From: Candidatus Saccharimonadales bacterium
GTDB lineage: Bacteria > Patescibacteriota > Saccharimonadia > UBA4664 > DATIHN01
Length of the DNA: 64,000 nt
Direction of reading: 5' to 3'
Assembly: GCA_035480635.1 (NCBI GenBank)
Contig: DATIHN010000019.1
Coordinates: 16,260-80,259, forward strand
Position numbers and translations under genes: made by a program. A model generated the notes under the pieces. The model had not been told where the DNA came from. It did no database searches and worked only from the letters and a program-made list of their open reading frames with translations. This document shows, in pieces, positions 48,836-57,919 of the stretch (position 1 is the first letter of the stretch; the number at the start of each line of letters is the position of its first letter).

Positions 48836-50188
48836 ATGAGTCATTCCCACAACCCTGAACAGGAGCCGACCGTGAGCACCGGATTTTCTGGTAACCATCT
48901 GGAAGGTGAGCTCGCTCAGGCGAGCTCGGTTGACATCTACAGCGATGATCTACTTCGACCAATTCCGGTCGATCAAGGCGAAAAAGTGTCCGGCTGGAAG
49001 GAAGTTCCTCTTCACGAAAACCACGAGCCGCTGGTCCCGCTGGGACCGTTCACCGATCGTGACGACATCTTCACCAGTTCGGTCTACTACGGCGAACACA
49101 GCAATTCACCCTATGCCCACCCTGACAATCAGCTGGAAGGCGCCTTGGTGACGATGTTCGCCCGCGCCGAAGTGGCAGACAGGCTCCGCAGCGCTCAGCA
49201 GCTGCTGCCGGAGGGCCACCACTTGATCGTGCTGGATAGCTATCGGACGCTAGATGTTCAGCAGGCCCTCTACGACCACTACTTCAATGCCCTCAAGGCC
49301 ATTCACCCAGATTGGGACGAACAGTCTTTGAGCGCTGAGACCCAGCGCTATGTGTCGCTGCCTTCGCAGGACCAGACTAGGCCGTCGCCACACAACACTG
49401 GGGGCTCTGTTGACTTGGCCATTTACAGGCTGCCGGCTGAGGCCGACCAGCGGGTAGCGGATATCGATCTGCGTTTGTTGGAACTGCGCGAGCAGGCTCC
49501 CAAGGATCCCAGCCCGGCGGAAGAAGCCAGCGACCCCATCTTGCGCGAACTCTATTTGCTCGAGATGGAAAAGATTGGACTAGTTCGCCGGCAGGCCGAG
49601 TTCCTGAACTTTGGCACTCAGTTCGACCACGGTGGCATCGAAGCCCAGCTTGACTACTTCGAATGGTTGGCGGGCGGCCGAGCTCTGCGTCCCAGCGAAG
49701 TTGAAAGCTTGGCCGAGGGCAAGCTCAGCCAAGAGATGGCCGACTTCATACAGAGCGGATTAGCTCGACCGCTGACCGCCCAGGAAACCGAAGCCAGAGA
49801 CAACCGGCGGATGCTCTACAATGCCATGATCGGCGCGGGCATGCAGCCATATCTCGATGAGTGGTGGCACTACAATTCCCCCAAGTCGCAGATGGGCGCC
49901 AAAGTTGCTGGGCTAGATCACGCCGAATACGGTGGCGTCGAGCTGGACGAGCCCCAACTCAAGCATGAAAAGATGCGGGCAGCTCATCGCTCGGGCTTGG
50001 TTCGGATCCAAGAGCGCATGCTTCAGGGGTTGGACAACTACCACTTGGCTGGCAAACTCGATCTGACGGACCCGACCTACCAAGAACTGATCCGCCTCAA
50101 CGAGCGGGCTTTGAGTCAAACTGGTGATCCCCGTCTGACTTATCTGCCCAAGGCCGTCATCATCGAGCCCCAGTCCGAGGCTGCTTAA
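48836..50188 (+). CDS. M15 (VanX/DdpX-like) D-Ala-D-Ala peptidase, enlarged
   Basis: LDSYR, SPHNTGGSVD, EWWHY motifs. Confidence 0.85.
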   Translation: MSHSHNPEQEPTVSTGFSGNHLEGELAQASSVDIYSDDLLRPIPVDQGEKVSGWKEVPLHENHEPLVPLGPFTDRDDIFTSSVYYGEHSNSPYAHPDNQLEGALVTMFARAEVADRLRSAQQLLPEGHHLIVLDSYRTLDVQQALYDHYFNALKAIHPDWDEQSLSAETQRYVSLPSQDQTRPSPHNTGGSVDLAIYRLPAEADQRVADIDLRLLELREQAPKDPSPAEEASDPILRELYLLEMEKIGLVRRQAEFLNFGTQFDHGGIEAQLDYFEWLAGGRALRPSEVESLAEGKLSQEMADFIQSGLARPLTAQETEARDNRRMLYNAMIGAGMQPYLDEWWHYNSPKSQMGAKVAGLDHAEYGGVELDEPQLKHEKMRAAHRSGLVRIQERMLQGLDNYHLAGKLDLTDPTYQELIRLNERALSQTGDPRLTYLPKAVIIEPQSEAA

Positions 50189-50236
50189 CTAGAGCCGTTT
50201 GTTTAGCGATCCATAAGAGTCGCATGCAAGCGGCTC

Positions 50237-53086
50237 TTATGCTTTTTGTAAACGCCTTTGATAAACTGATCGCCCGATTGCAAAGAGGATGCTAGCCAAA
50301 ACAACCAAGAAACCCAAGCCTCCGCTAGCGGTTTTGCCAATCAGAATTGCAAGTCCCAAGGTCGGCACCAGCCAGATAAAGAAGCTCCTGGCCCGAATGT
50401 GCAATCGGAGATATTCCGCACCAAGATAGTAGTAGGGGAAGACGGTTAGAACTAGGAAGGTGCTGGAGAGCAGGCCGAAAATTAATACCACGGCCAAGCC
50501 TTGCCAAAATGGACTAGCTAGCGCCAAAGGAATTAACGATACTACAGCCGTTAAACTGGTGGCAATCAGCGGGCGGAAGCGCTCTTCCAGGGCGGCCACA
50601 GCCGCATCAATCGGATGCATGCCACTGCGTTTGGCTTGGTTCGCAAAATCCGTCAGCAAAATGGTGTTTTTAATACTTAAACCGAGTAAGGCGAAGAAAC
50701 CCAGCAAGGCGAAGAAGCTGATGGCATTATTAGTTAGGTTGAGTCCAAACATGATGCCAAAGAGACTAAAGGGTATGGCCATAAAGATCAGCAGTGGTTG
50801 CAAGAACGATTGGAACTGGAAGGCCAGCAAAACGTAGATAACCATCAATAGGATTGGGAAGGCGAGTAGCAGCGTGTTAAATGAATTTTGGTTTTCCGAT
50901 TCTTGACCCAGATCAAAGCTTAGAGCATCGGACGACAGGCCAAATTGCTGTAATTTAGCGCTATTAAATTCGTTTTTCACAGCCGTTTGAGCCAAATTGA
51001 CTAGGGTGGTAGTGTCACTACCATCAAAGCTGGTCGAAACCGTAATGACTGGCTTGCCTTGGTTGCGCAAAAACTGGTTGGGGTTTGAAACTGTCACATT
51101 GGTAAAGTGAGCGGTTTTGCCGCTGGGGCGTTTCAACTCGGCCGAATTCAGGTAGGCGGCTAATTTCGCGGCTGCGGCAAAGGCCGCTGGGCGGTTGGTG
51201 GCATCAAGCTGGACCACAAAAGCCGCTGAGGGCGGGCCCAAATCGATTTGGGCCACGGCGACTTTGGCGCCCTTGAACTCAGTATCAAAGCGATCTTGCA
51301 AAGCTTTAACAATTTGGGGTGAGGTAATAGCCCGCTTATTGTAAGAAATAATTTGAACTTGCAGGCTGGCCATCTGGGGGCTGCCGCTATTGTAGTAGGA
51401 GGCATTCACAAAATTAGGCCCAATTACATCGGCTGCCAATTTATCGGCCTGATCGGCGATGGCCGCGGCTTGCTCGATGCTAGTATCGGTCGGGTAGTTC
51501 AGACTCAGAGCCACGCCATTAGTATCTTTGGTCGGTGGGAAAATGTTAAAGACGACGTTTTTGGCAATGAAAATGCCAGCCGCAATAAACAAAAAGCCAA
51601 CCACAATGGCCGTAATACCGACGAAGAAGAGGCGCTTGATCGAACGCCTAGCCCATAGCATCGGCCGAGCAATGAAAGCAGCAAAGCGAGCCTCAAAACC
51701 AGCTGCCACTTCCTTTACGCCATGTGACCCCATTTGTTTTTTACCGAGCAAAAGGAATCGGGCAAAGAAGGGGATAAAGATTAGCGCTACGATCAAACTA
51801 ATAATCAGTGAGGCAATAATGGTGACAGGGATGGCTTTGATAAAGCTTCCCAAAATACCGCCGACGAATAGCAGGGGCGCGAAGCTTAGTGCAGCCGTGG
51901 CGGTTGCTGCCACCATGGCTCGGCTAATTTTGCCGGTAGCTTGTTTGACGGCTTCTCGTCGATCGGTCATTTTGCGCCTAGCCGCATCGATGGCCTCAAC
52001 CATAATAATGGTGTCATCAACAATTAGGGCCAGGCCCAAAATCAGGGCAAACAAAGTGATGACGTTTAGAGTGTAGCCAATCACATAGAGGAAACCGAGC
52101 GAGGCTAGGACCACCGTGACCATCGAAATAACAGTGATAATCGAGGCTCGAATGGCAATCACGATCGAACCAACCACCAGTACTGCAATCAGACCTTCCA
52201 GTAAAACTCGCTGCAATTCGCTTAAATTATCGCGGATGCTGGGTGCTAGGCTGGCGCTAACTTCGGCCGAGTAACCCTGAAATTGAGGTTGTTTTTGGAG
52301 TTCAACCACAGCTGCTCGAACTTGTTTATCAAGTTTTAGAACGTCGACATGATCGGCTCCGGCCACGCCAATGATGACAGAGTTATAGAACTTGGTGTCT
52401 CCACCGGTGCGGATCCCAAAGCGATCAAAACTGTGTTGAACCGAAACGGCTTGGCCGGTGGCTGGATCTTGAACATTCTCAAACGGGCTTTTTACGAACA
52501 CCGTTTTGACATTTGAAAGCTTGCGGTCGTTTAGCCACTGAGCGGCGGCCTCAGCCTTGGCCGCTAAATCGGCTGTGCTAGTCGAACTATTGGTGGCGTA
52601 GAAAGAAATAGCTTCATCAATTTGTTGCGTATCGCCGCCGGTGGCTCCAAAGAATGGCACGTCGTAGCGAATTTGAGCGCTGGGCGGCAAGTTAGCATTG
52701 CTTTTAACGGCTTGTTCTAAGTCTTTGGCGGCCTTTTTGGCATCAACATTTTCTTTATACTGGATGACGACGTTAAAGAAATTGTCGGAACTCTGGGATT
52801 GGACTTTATCGACATCGGCTTGCTTGGTGGCAATATCGGTGATCGGTTTAGTAACCTGATTATCGACAGCCGCCGGATCGTTGGCAAAATAGGTGCCAGA
52901 GACGATTGCCAGTGGGATATTAACACTTGGGAAACCTTCGCGCCTCAGCAGCGTCGTGTAACTAGTTGCACCAAAAATAATTAAGACCAACCACAGCAGG
53001 CCCGTAATTTTGGGTCGGTCGAAGAAAAAGGTTGTCAGCCTGGGTAGTAACTTTGTTTTAGAGGGGTCAGACGATTGTTTCGGCAT
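50237..53086 (-). CDS. RND (AcrB-family) transporter
   Basis: REGFP, GLALIVDDTIIMVE, IKNTILL, RFRPLIATSLT. Confidence 0.9.
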   Translation of the reverse strand: MPKQSSDPSKTKLLPRLTTFFFDRPKITGLLWLVLIIFGATSYTTLLRREGFPSVNIPLAIVSGTYFANDPAAVDNQVTKPITDIATKQADVDKVQSQSSDNFFNVVIQYKENVDAKKAAKDLEQAVKSNANLPPSAQIRYDVPFFGATGGDTQQIDEAISFYATNSSTSTADLAAKAEAAAQWLNDRKLSNVKTVFVKSPFENVQDPATGQAVSVQHSFDRFGIRTGGDTKFYNSVIIGVAGADHVDVLKLDKQVRAAVVELQKQPQFQGYSAEVSASLAPSIRDNLSELQRVLLEGLIAVLVVGSIVIAIRASIITVISMVTVVLASLGFLYVIGYTLNVITLFALILGLALIVDDTIIMVEAIDAARRKMTDRREAVKQATGKISRAMVAATATAALSFAPLLFVGGILGSFIKAIPVTIIASLIISLIVALIFIPFFARFLLLGKKQMGSHGVKEVAAGFEARFAAFIARPMLWARRSIKRLFFVGITAIVVGFLFIAAGIFIAKNVVFNIFPPTKDTNGVALSLNYPTDTSIEQAAAIADQADKLAADVIGPNFVNASYYNSGSPQMASLQVQIISYNKRAITSPQIVKALQDRFDTEFKGAKVAVAQIDLGPPSAAFVVQLDATNRPAAFAAAAKLAAYLNSAELKRPSGKTAHFTNVTVSNPNQFLRNQGKPVITVSTSFDGSDTTTLVNLAQTAVKNEFNSAKLQQFGLSSDALSFDLGQESENQNSFNTLLLAFPILLMVIYVLLAFQFQSFLQPLLIFMAIPFSLFGIMFGLNLTNNAISFFALLGFFALLGLSIKNTILLTDFANQAKRSGMHPIDAAVAALEERFRPLIATSLTAVVSLIPLALASPFWQGLAVVLIFGLLSSTFLVLTVFPYYYLGAEYLRLHIRARSFFIWLVPTLGLAILIGKTASGGLGFLVVLASILFAIGRSVYQRRLQKA

Positions 53087-53151
53087 TGGGTGATTGATCC
53101 TTAATCATTCCATCGTAACAAAACAAGCTACTTGCTGGAATGATATTTTTG

Positions 53152-53358
53152 CTATTTCGACTTGGATGGCTGCCGGTAGGCTAAAAAGTAATAAATTAAA
53201 GCCCCGATAAAATGGGTTAGGACGATAACTATGACCCAAACTAGTTTGTTCGGATCATCGCTTTGGATGACATGAATCAGCATCCAGATCCAAAAGACCC
53301 AGACGGTAATAACCAAGGCCAGAATAATTAAAGGGATAAAAATTAATAGTAGCGCCAT
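53152..53358 (-). CDS. PLDc N-terminal-like small membrane protein
   Basis: WIWMLIH...KLVW...IGALIYY. Confidence 0.75.
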   Translation of the reverse strand: MALLLIFIPLIILALVITVWVFWIWMLIHVIQSDDPNKLVWVIVIVLTHFIGALIYYFLAYRQPSKSK

Positions 53359-53376
53359 ATGACAATTGTAACCCAT

Positions 53377-53452
53377 TGGCGCCCTCGGTAGGATTCGAAC
53401 CTACAACCTAAGGGTTAGAACTCCTTTGCTCTATCCATTGAGCTACGAGGGC
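53377..53452 (-). tRNA. tRNA-Arg (TCT)
   Basis: GCCCTCG...CGAGGGC-G-CCA; loop GTTCTAA. Confidence 0.9.
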
Positions 53453-53453
53453 T

Positions 53454-53528
53454 TGGAGCGGGCAGCGGGGATCGAACCCGCGTCTCCAGCTTGGAAGGCT
53501 AGCATAATAGCCACTATACGATGCCCGC
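53454..53528 (-). tRNA. tRNA-Gly (TCC)
   Basis: GCGGGCA...TGCCCGC-T-CCA; loop CTTCCAA. Confidence 0.95.
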
Positions 53529-53659
53529 ACGTCGCAGCGACACTTCCAGCTTTCGCTCCGACGTGTCGTCGGAGTTTCAGCCTTCACATCGCTGCTCCTT
53601 ACCGCATTGTAAACAGCTAACGCTTGGTTTCCAATGCGGGTTTTTTCATACCAATTCAT

Positions 53660-53735
53660 TGGTCGGGGTGAAAGGACTCGAACCTTCGACCTCCTGCTCC
53701 CAAAGCAGGCGCGCTACCAGCTGCGCCACACCCCG
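53660..53735 (-). tRNA. tRNA-Pro (TGG)
   Basis: CGGGGTG...CACCCCG-A-CCA; loop TTTGGGA. Confidence 0.95.
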
Positions 53736-53889
53736 CCTTCGTTGCACTACGGCGGGCAAGCCCGCAGCGCCATACTAAGGACCAACCCATTCTACAGGGT
53801 GTTGACATTTTTTTCAAATAAGGTCTACCTATTGGTTGACTAATCTGAAGTTTAAGTCGTACCTCTCTAGTCAGTTCGGCAACGTCAGA

Positions 53890-53914
53890 CCCCGGAGGCC
53901 ATCGGCCTCCGGGG
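53890..53914. terminator. GC-rich hairpin after murA
   Basis: CCCCGGAGGCC-ATC-GGCCTCCGGGG. Confidence 0.7.
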
Positions 53915-53922
53915 ATTTTAAT

Positions 53923-55245
53923 TTAGGTCAAATTAAATTTGGCACCGACGCTGGCTAATTTATCAAACAGATTTTCGTAACCGCGCATCAAATGCCCCAA
54001 GCCGGTAATCTCCGAAGTGCCGCTAGCCACTAGGGCTGCGATGACGTGGGCCATGCCAGCGCGCAAATCGGGGATAACTATTTTAGTTGAATGCAGCGGC
54101 GTTGGACCAGTAATAATAGCTGAATGCTTAAAGCCCTTACCTTTATAACGACAGGGCAAATTGCCCAAGCAATCGGTCGTGACTTGAATGTTGGCACCCA
54201 TTTCGATCAAAGTTTCAACGTAACCAAAGCGTGATTCGTGAACCGTTTCGTGGACTGTGGAGCGACCGTTGGCCTGAGTTAATAGCACCACCATCGGTTG
54301 CTGCCAATCAGTCGCAAAACCGGGGTGGGGATCGGTTTCGATTTCGACCCCGACTAACGGTCCCCCATTACGCTTAAATCGAATGGCGTCATCTTCAATA
54401 ATGTAATCGGCGCCAATGCGGCGTAGTGTGTTCAAGAAAGTGATCATATCGTCTTGGCGAGCGCCGTGGACCAAAATATCGCCACCGCTGGCAATGGCCA
54501 ATAGGGCGTACGAAGCGGCTTCCAGGCGATCGGGCATGACGGAATATTCGATGCCGCGGAGCTTATTAACCCCATCGATAATAATCATCCGGTTGGCCCT
54601 AAATTCGATAATTGCGCCCATTTGCTGGAGCATTTTGATCAGATCAACAATTTCCGGTTCGATCGCGGCATTGGTGATAGTGGTTCGGCCGTCGGCTAGT
54701 ACGCCGGCCAGCAGAGCGTTTTCAGTAGCCATCACGCTGGGGTAGGGTAAATTAACGCTAACACCTTTGAGCCGCCCGGCTTTAGCCGCATAGCGCCCGT
54801 CCGATTCTGTGATGTCAGCGCCCATTTTGCGCAGTAGCTGAAGGTGGAAATCAACCGGCCGGGGCCCAATTTTATCACCAGTCACAGTCGGCAAATCGGC
54901 TTGGCCAAGGCGGTGGAGCAGAGGCGAAAGGGCCAGCACCGATAGCCGGTTGGGGATGGTGGGCTTGGCCACCGGGGCAAAAACCAGATTAGCCGCGTTT
55001 ATGCGAACGCTGTGATCACCGAATTCGACTTTGCCACCAACGGCTTCGATCATTTCGCCAGCAACGATGACGTCATCGATCATCGGGCAGTTGGTCAAAA
55101 TAACCTCTTCTCTAGTCAGAAGAGCCGCTATCATCATTTTGGTAGCGGCGTTTTTGGCACCACTAACAACAACCTCGCCAACCAGCGGTTGGCCGCCGGT
55201 GACGATCAATTTAGTCTGTTGGTTAACCTTTAGAGCGGTAGGCAT
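53923..55245 (-). CDS. murA: UDP-N-acetylglucosamine 1-carboxyvinyltransferase
   Basis: GAKNA, IGPRPVDFH, SVMATEN, PDRLEA, PGFATDWQ, DLRAG, RGY. Confidence 0.96.
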   Translation of the reverse strand: MPTALKVNQQTKLIVTGGQPLVGEVVVSGAKNAATKMMIAALLTREEVILTNCPMIDDVIVAGEMIEAVGGKVEFGDHSVRINAANLVFAPVAKPTIPNRLSVLALSPLLHRLGQADLPTVTGDKIGPRPVDFHLQLLRKMGADITESDGRYAAKAGRLKGVSVNLPYPSVMATENALLAGVLADGRTTITNAAIEPEIVDLIKMLQQMGAIIEFRANRMIIIDGVNKLRGIEYSVMPDRLEAASYALLAIASGGDILVHGARQDDMITFLNTLRRIGADYIIEDDAIRFKRNGGPLVGVEIETDPHPGFATDWQQPMVVLLTQANGRSTVHETVHESRFGYVETLIEMGANIQVTTDCLGNLPCRYKGKGFKHSAIITGPTPLHSTKIVIPDLRAGMAHVIAALVASGTSEITGLGHLMRGYENLFDKLASVGAKFNLT

Positions 55246-55287
55246 CGATGAAGTAGTATAGCCAATTTGCGATCAAGTGGCTAGTAG

Positions 55288-55773
55288 CTACGACGGCGCC
55301 GAAACTGTCTCAACCTCGATAATTTTACTGACTTTGCCTAGCTCTGTCTCAGAGAATGGCGCAATAAAGACCAAAACGAAACCATCAGGATCGCGCAGAG
55401 CTACCTCTATGGAATTCCAATAATAATGCCGAACTGGAAATTTAATACGGTCCCGGTATTCTTGAATCACAGGGACTATCGATTCTACTTTGATCATGGC
55501 CGAGATTTTGCCTGATGTGATTTTCTCTTGGAAAACATTGGGCTTAGCGGCAATGTGGCCGTCAGCAATCTCAAGCTCAGCTCCATTGGCCAAACGATAC
55601 GTCACACCTTGATACTTTTCTGGGGCGGATGGACAGCCTTTTGGCAAAGTCTTTCGGAAATCGTCTGAGCCGTAACCAAAAATTGGTGAAAAGCCAAGTG
55701 CTTCATAAAATTTTCTAGATGCTGTAATGTCTTTAACTTTGATGTGAATGCCGATCCCGGTGAACTTGAGCAT
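55288..55773 (-). CDS. VOC family protein
   Basis: VKDITASRKFYEALGF, LRDPDGF. Confidence 0.8.
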   Translation of the reverse strand: MLKFTGIGIHIKVKDITASRKFYEALGFSPIFGYGSDDFRKTLPKGCPSAPEKYQGVTYRLANGAELEIADGHIAAKPNVFQEKITSGKISAMIKVESIVPVIQEYRDRIKFPVRHYYWNSIEVALRDPDGFVLVFIAPFSETELGKVSKIIEVETVSAPS

Positions 55774-55824
55774 AGTGTGGTTCCTTTAAAACCATTCTAA
55801 CAGAGTAGGGTACAATTTGAACGG

Positions 55825-55900
55825 GCGCCTGTAGCTCAGTGGATAGAGCACCAGCTTCCGGAGCTGGGTGTCGGGGGTTCGAATCCCTTCAGGCGCGCCA
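55825..55900 (+). tRNA. tRNA-Arg (CCG)
   Basis: GCGCCTG...CAGGCGC-G-CCA; loop TTCCGGA. Confidence 0.95.
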
Positions 55901-56068
55901 TGGTTCGACCAGCTCACCATTGGCGTGAGCTTGGCGGACCAAGTTCGACCAGGTGGGATGAGAACCCTAGGTTCGGTGGAGCAAAGCGCGCAGACAGATC
56001 AAACTTGTTTGAATTTGGCGAGCACTTTGCGGAGGTGGCTGTAAGCCACCATCCCTTCAGGCGCGCCA
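55901..56068 (+). mobile_element. tRNA-Arg-linked mini-element ending in duplicated tRNA 3' end
   Basis: 18-bp direct repeat ATCCCTTCAGGCGCGCCA (55883-55900 and 56051-56068) preceded by GGTGGCT-GTA-AGCCACC hairpin. Confidence 0.7.
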
Positions 56069-56181
56069 GTTCGTTTAGACAATTCTAAACCGGACACTTA
56101 ACCATATATAAAATTGACAAAATGAAAGAGTAATGTTAATGTTTCCGTCAGTCAACGCTCAAGTACCACGGAGGTGGTCAG

Positions 56182-56685
56182 ATGTTGAAGGACAAGACAA
56201 AAGGGTTCCCGGATGGATCAGTCAAGGACTGTGTCCGTTACGACGGCCCTCTCAAGGATTGGATCGCTGCTGAGGAGGACTTCCTTGCCAGCGTCCAACG
56301 TGATTTCCAGCTCTATGGCTTCGACCACGAGTCGATGTTCGTACCTGCGATCTTCCCGATGATCGGCGCCGTGCAGACGAAGTTCATCCACGGCCCCGAC
56401 TTCTTCGGACCCAGCATCTTCGTCGAGTATGACAACCCGGAAGGCACGGAGTACAGCCACCACAGTGGATGGCGTCTGCTCAAAGACGCTGACCGGCCCG
56501 GTGGCATCGTGATCCTGTCCGTCTCCAACCCGAACACCAGAGGCATCGACATCCTCATCGAGGGTGAGCCAGGCGAGGAGTGGATCCAGGAAGTCATCAA
56601 GACCTACTACACAGCTCGTCGAACGGCCGCGGTCGTGCAATCCCGCGTTCGAGCTTCGGCACAATCCGGCTGCGCTCTCCGCTGA
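56182..56685 (+). CDS. Hypothetical protein
   Basis: GGAGGT SD, TTGACA promoter upstream, long hairpin 56698-56747 downstream. Confidence 0.7.
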   Translation: MLKDKTKGFPDGSVKDCVRYDGPLKDWIAAEEDFLASVQRDFQLYGFDHESMFVPAIFPMIGAVQTKFIHGPDFFGPSIFVEYDNPEGTEYSHHSGWRLLKDADRPGGIVILSVSNPNTRGIDILIEGEPGEEWIQEVIKTYYTARRTAAVVQSRVRASAQSGCALR

Positions 56686-56827
56686 GATTGCACCCAACCC
56701 CCGGTGGCTTCGCTCCATTATCATGATGGGTGTGGAGCTACCGGGGGCTTTGCATTTATCAATCATAAGTTTAGACGTTTACTTTTGCCCTTGGCAAGGC
56801 TACTATAACAGCATAAGCAAAGGCATT

Positions 56828-57556
56828 ATGATGGATTTGAGTCCGTTCGGTGAACTGTTTCGCAAAAGCTGGGAATTATATCAAAAGAAATTTAAGACCC
56901 TGGCCATGCTATTGGCTCTGCCCTTTATCGCCAATGTGCTCTCGATTATTGGCCAACATGGCCACAAATCATCTTTCGCGGGCTTTAGTACCTCCATGTT
57001 TGTCGCCGCCGGCGCCGCGGCCCTAATCATTGGCCTGATCTTTGTAGCAATTTCGCTCTGGATCCAAGTGGCCGTTATTTATGCGGTTGACGGTAGCGAA
57101 GACCAACCCGATGTCTCCAAACTCCTAGTGCGCAGTTGGCCGATGGTTTTGCCCATGCTGCTGGTCGCCATCCTAGCTGGGCTGGCTGTGTTGGGTGGAC
57201 TGATTTTGCTAATCGTTCCTGGCATTATTTTTGGGGTCTGGTTCGCCTTTTCTAGTTATACTCTCGTGCTCGAAAACCAACGCGGTACCGAAGCGCTAAA
57301 GGCCAGCAAGGCTTTGGTCAGTGGGCGTTGGGGCACCGTCTTTGGTCGGCTGGTATTACTGTTCTTGGTCCTAATCGGTATCAGTATTGTAACTAGTATT
57401 GTCCTGGTATTTTTGCCAGCCACCCTACGCAGTATTGCTTCAGCCGCCGTTTCAAACTTTGTCATTAGCCCACTGGGCGTCGTCTTTACCTACTTGTTCT
57501 ACAAAGAACTCAAGGGCTCAAGTGCCGGGCTGGCCCAAGCTGAAGTCAGCGTCTAA
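56828..57556 (+). CDS. Multi-TM membrane protein
   Basis: LLIVPGI...ALKASKALVSGRW pattern; start trimmed to MMDLSP. Confidence 0.8.
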   Translation: MMDLSPFGELFRKSWELYQKKFKTLAMLLALPFIANVLSIIGQHGHKSSFAGFSTSMFVAAGAAALIIGLIFVAISLWIQVAVIYAVDGSEDQPDVSKLLVRSWPMVLPMLLVAILAGLAVLGGLILLIVPGIIFGVWFAFSSYTLVLENQRGTEALKASKALVSGRWGTVFGRLVLLFLVLIGISIVTSIVLVFLPATLRSIASAAVSNFVISPLGVVFTYLFYKELKGSSAGLAQAEVSV

Positions 57557-57620
57557 TTTGACCTGGCAGTTCTCTGGTGAGACCATAGTGATGCAATTAA
57601 TTTAGAAAGAGGCAATCATT

Positions 57621-57860
57621 ATGTTTGCAACTACCCTTCTAGGTTTCACTCTCAATACGGTTTGGGATATCATCATACTAGTAATCTGGATAGCCATCGC
57701 TTTCTGGCCGGCTCGCGTGGCCGCTCGCAAAGGCCACAGCTTTTTGGGCTATTTCTTACTAAGTTTGCTGTTCTTCCCGTTGTCACTAATCCTGGCCTAC
57801 GTCGTCAGTGATCGCAGTCGACAATCAGGGAGTGCAACACCTCCCCCCGCCGCAGAGTAG
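57621..57860 (+). CDS. Small membrane protein
   Basis: VAARKGHSFLGYF pattern, two TM. Confidence 0.75.
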   Translation: MFATTLLGFTLNTVWDIIILVIWIAIAFWPARVAARKGHSFLGYFLLSLLFFPLSLILAYVVSDRSRQSGSATPPPAAE

Positions 57861-57868
57861 TTTTGAAG

Positions 57869-57908
57869 CGAAATAAAAAAACGGCCCACGGGCCGTTTTT
57901 TTATTTCG
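57869..57908. terminator. Bidirectional intrinsic terminator
   Basis: CGAAATAAAAAAACGGCCC-AC-GGGCCGTTTTTTTATTTCG. Confidence 0.88.
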
Positions 57909-57919
57909 TCTAAGTTTTG

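Noticed and set aside
56218-56766. 182-aa minus-strand ORF
   Set aside because: Antisense shadow of 56182-56685, which has the SD, promoter and terminator
25581-57908. Near-identical hairpins AAAAAACGGCCC-NN-GGGCCGTTTTTT at 25581 and about 57876
   Set aside because: Short and fully explained as bidirectional terminators between convergent genes
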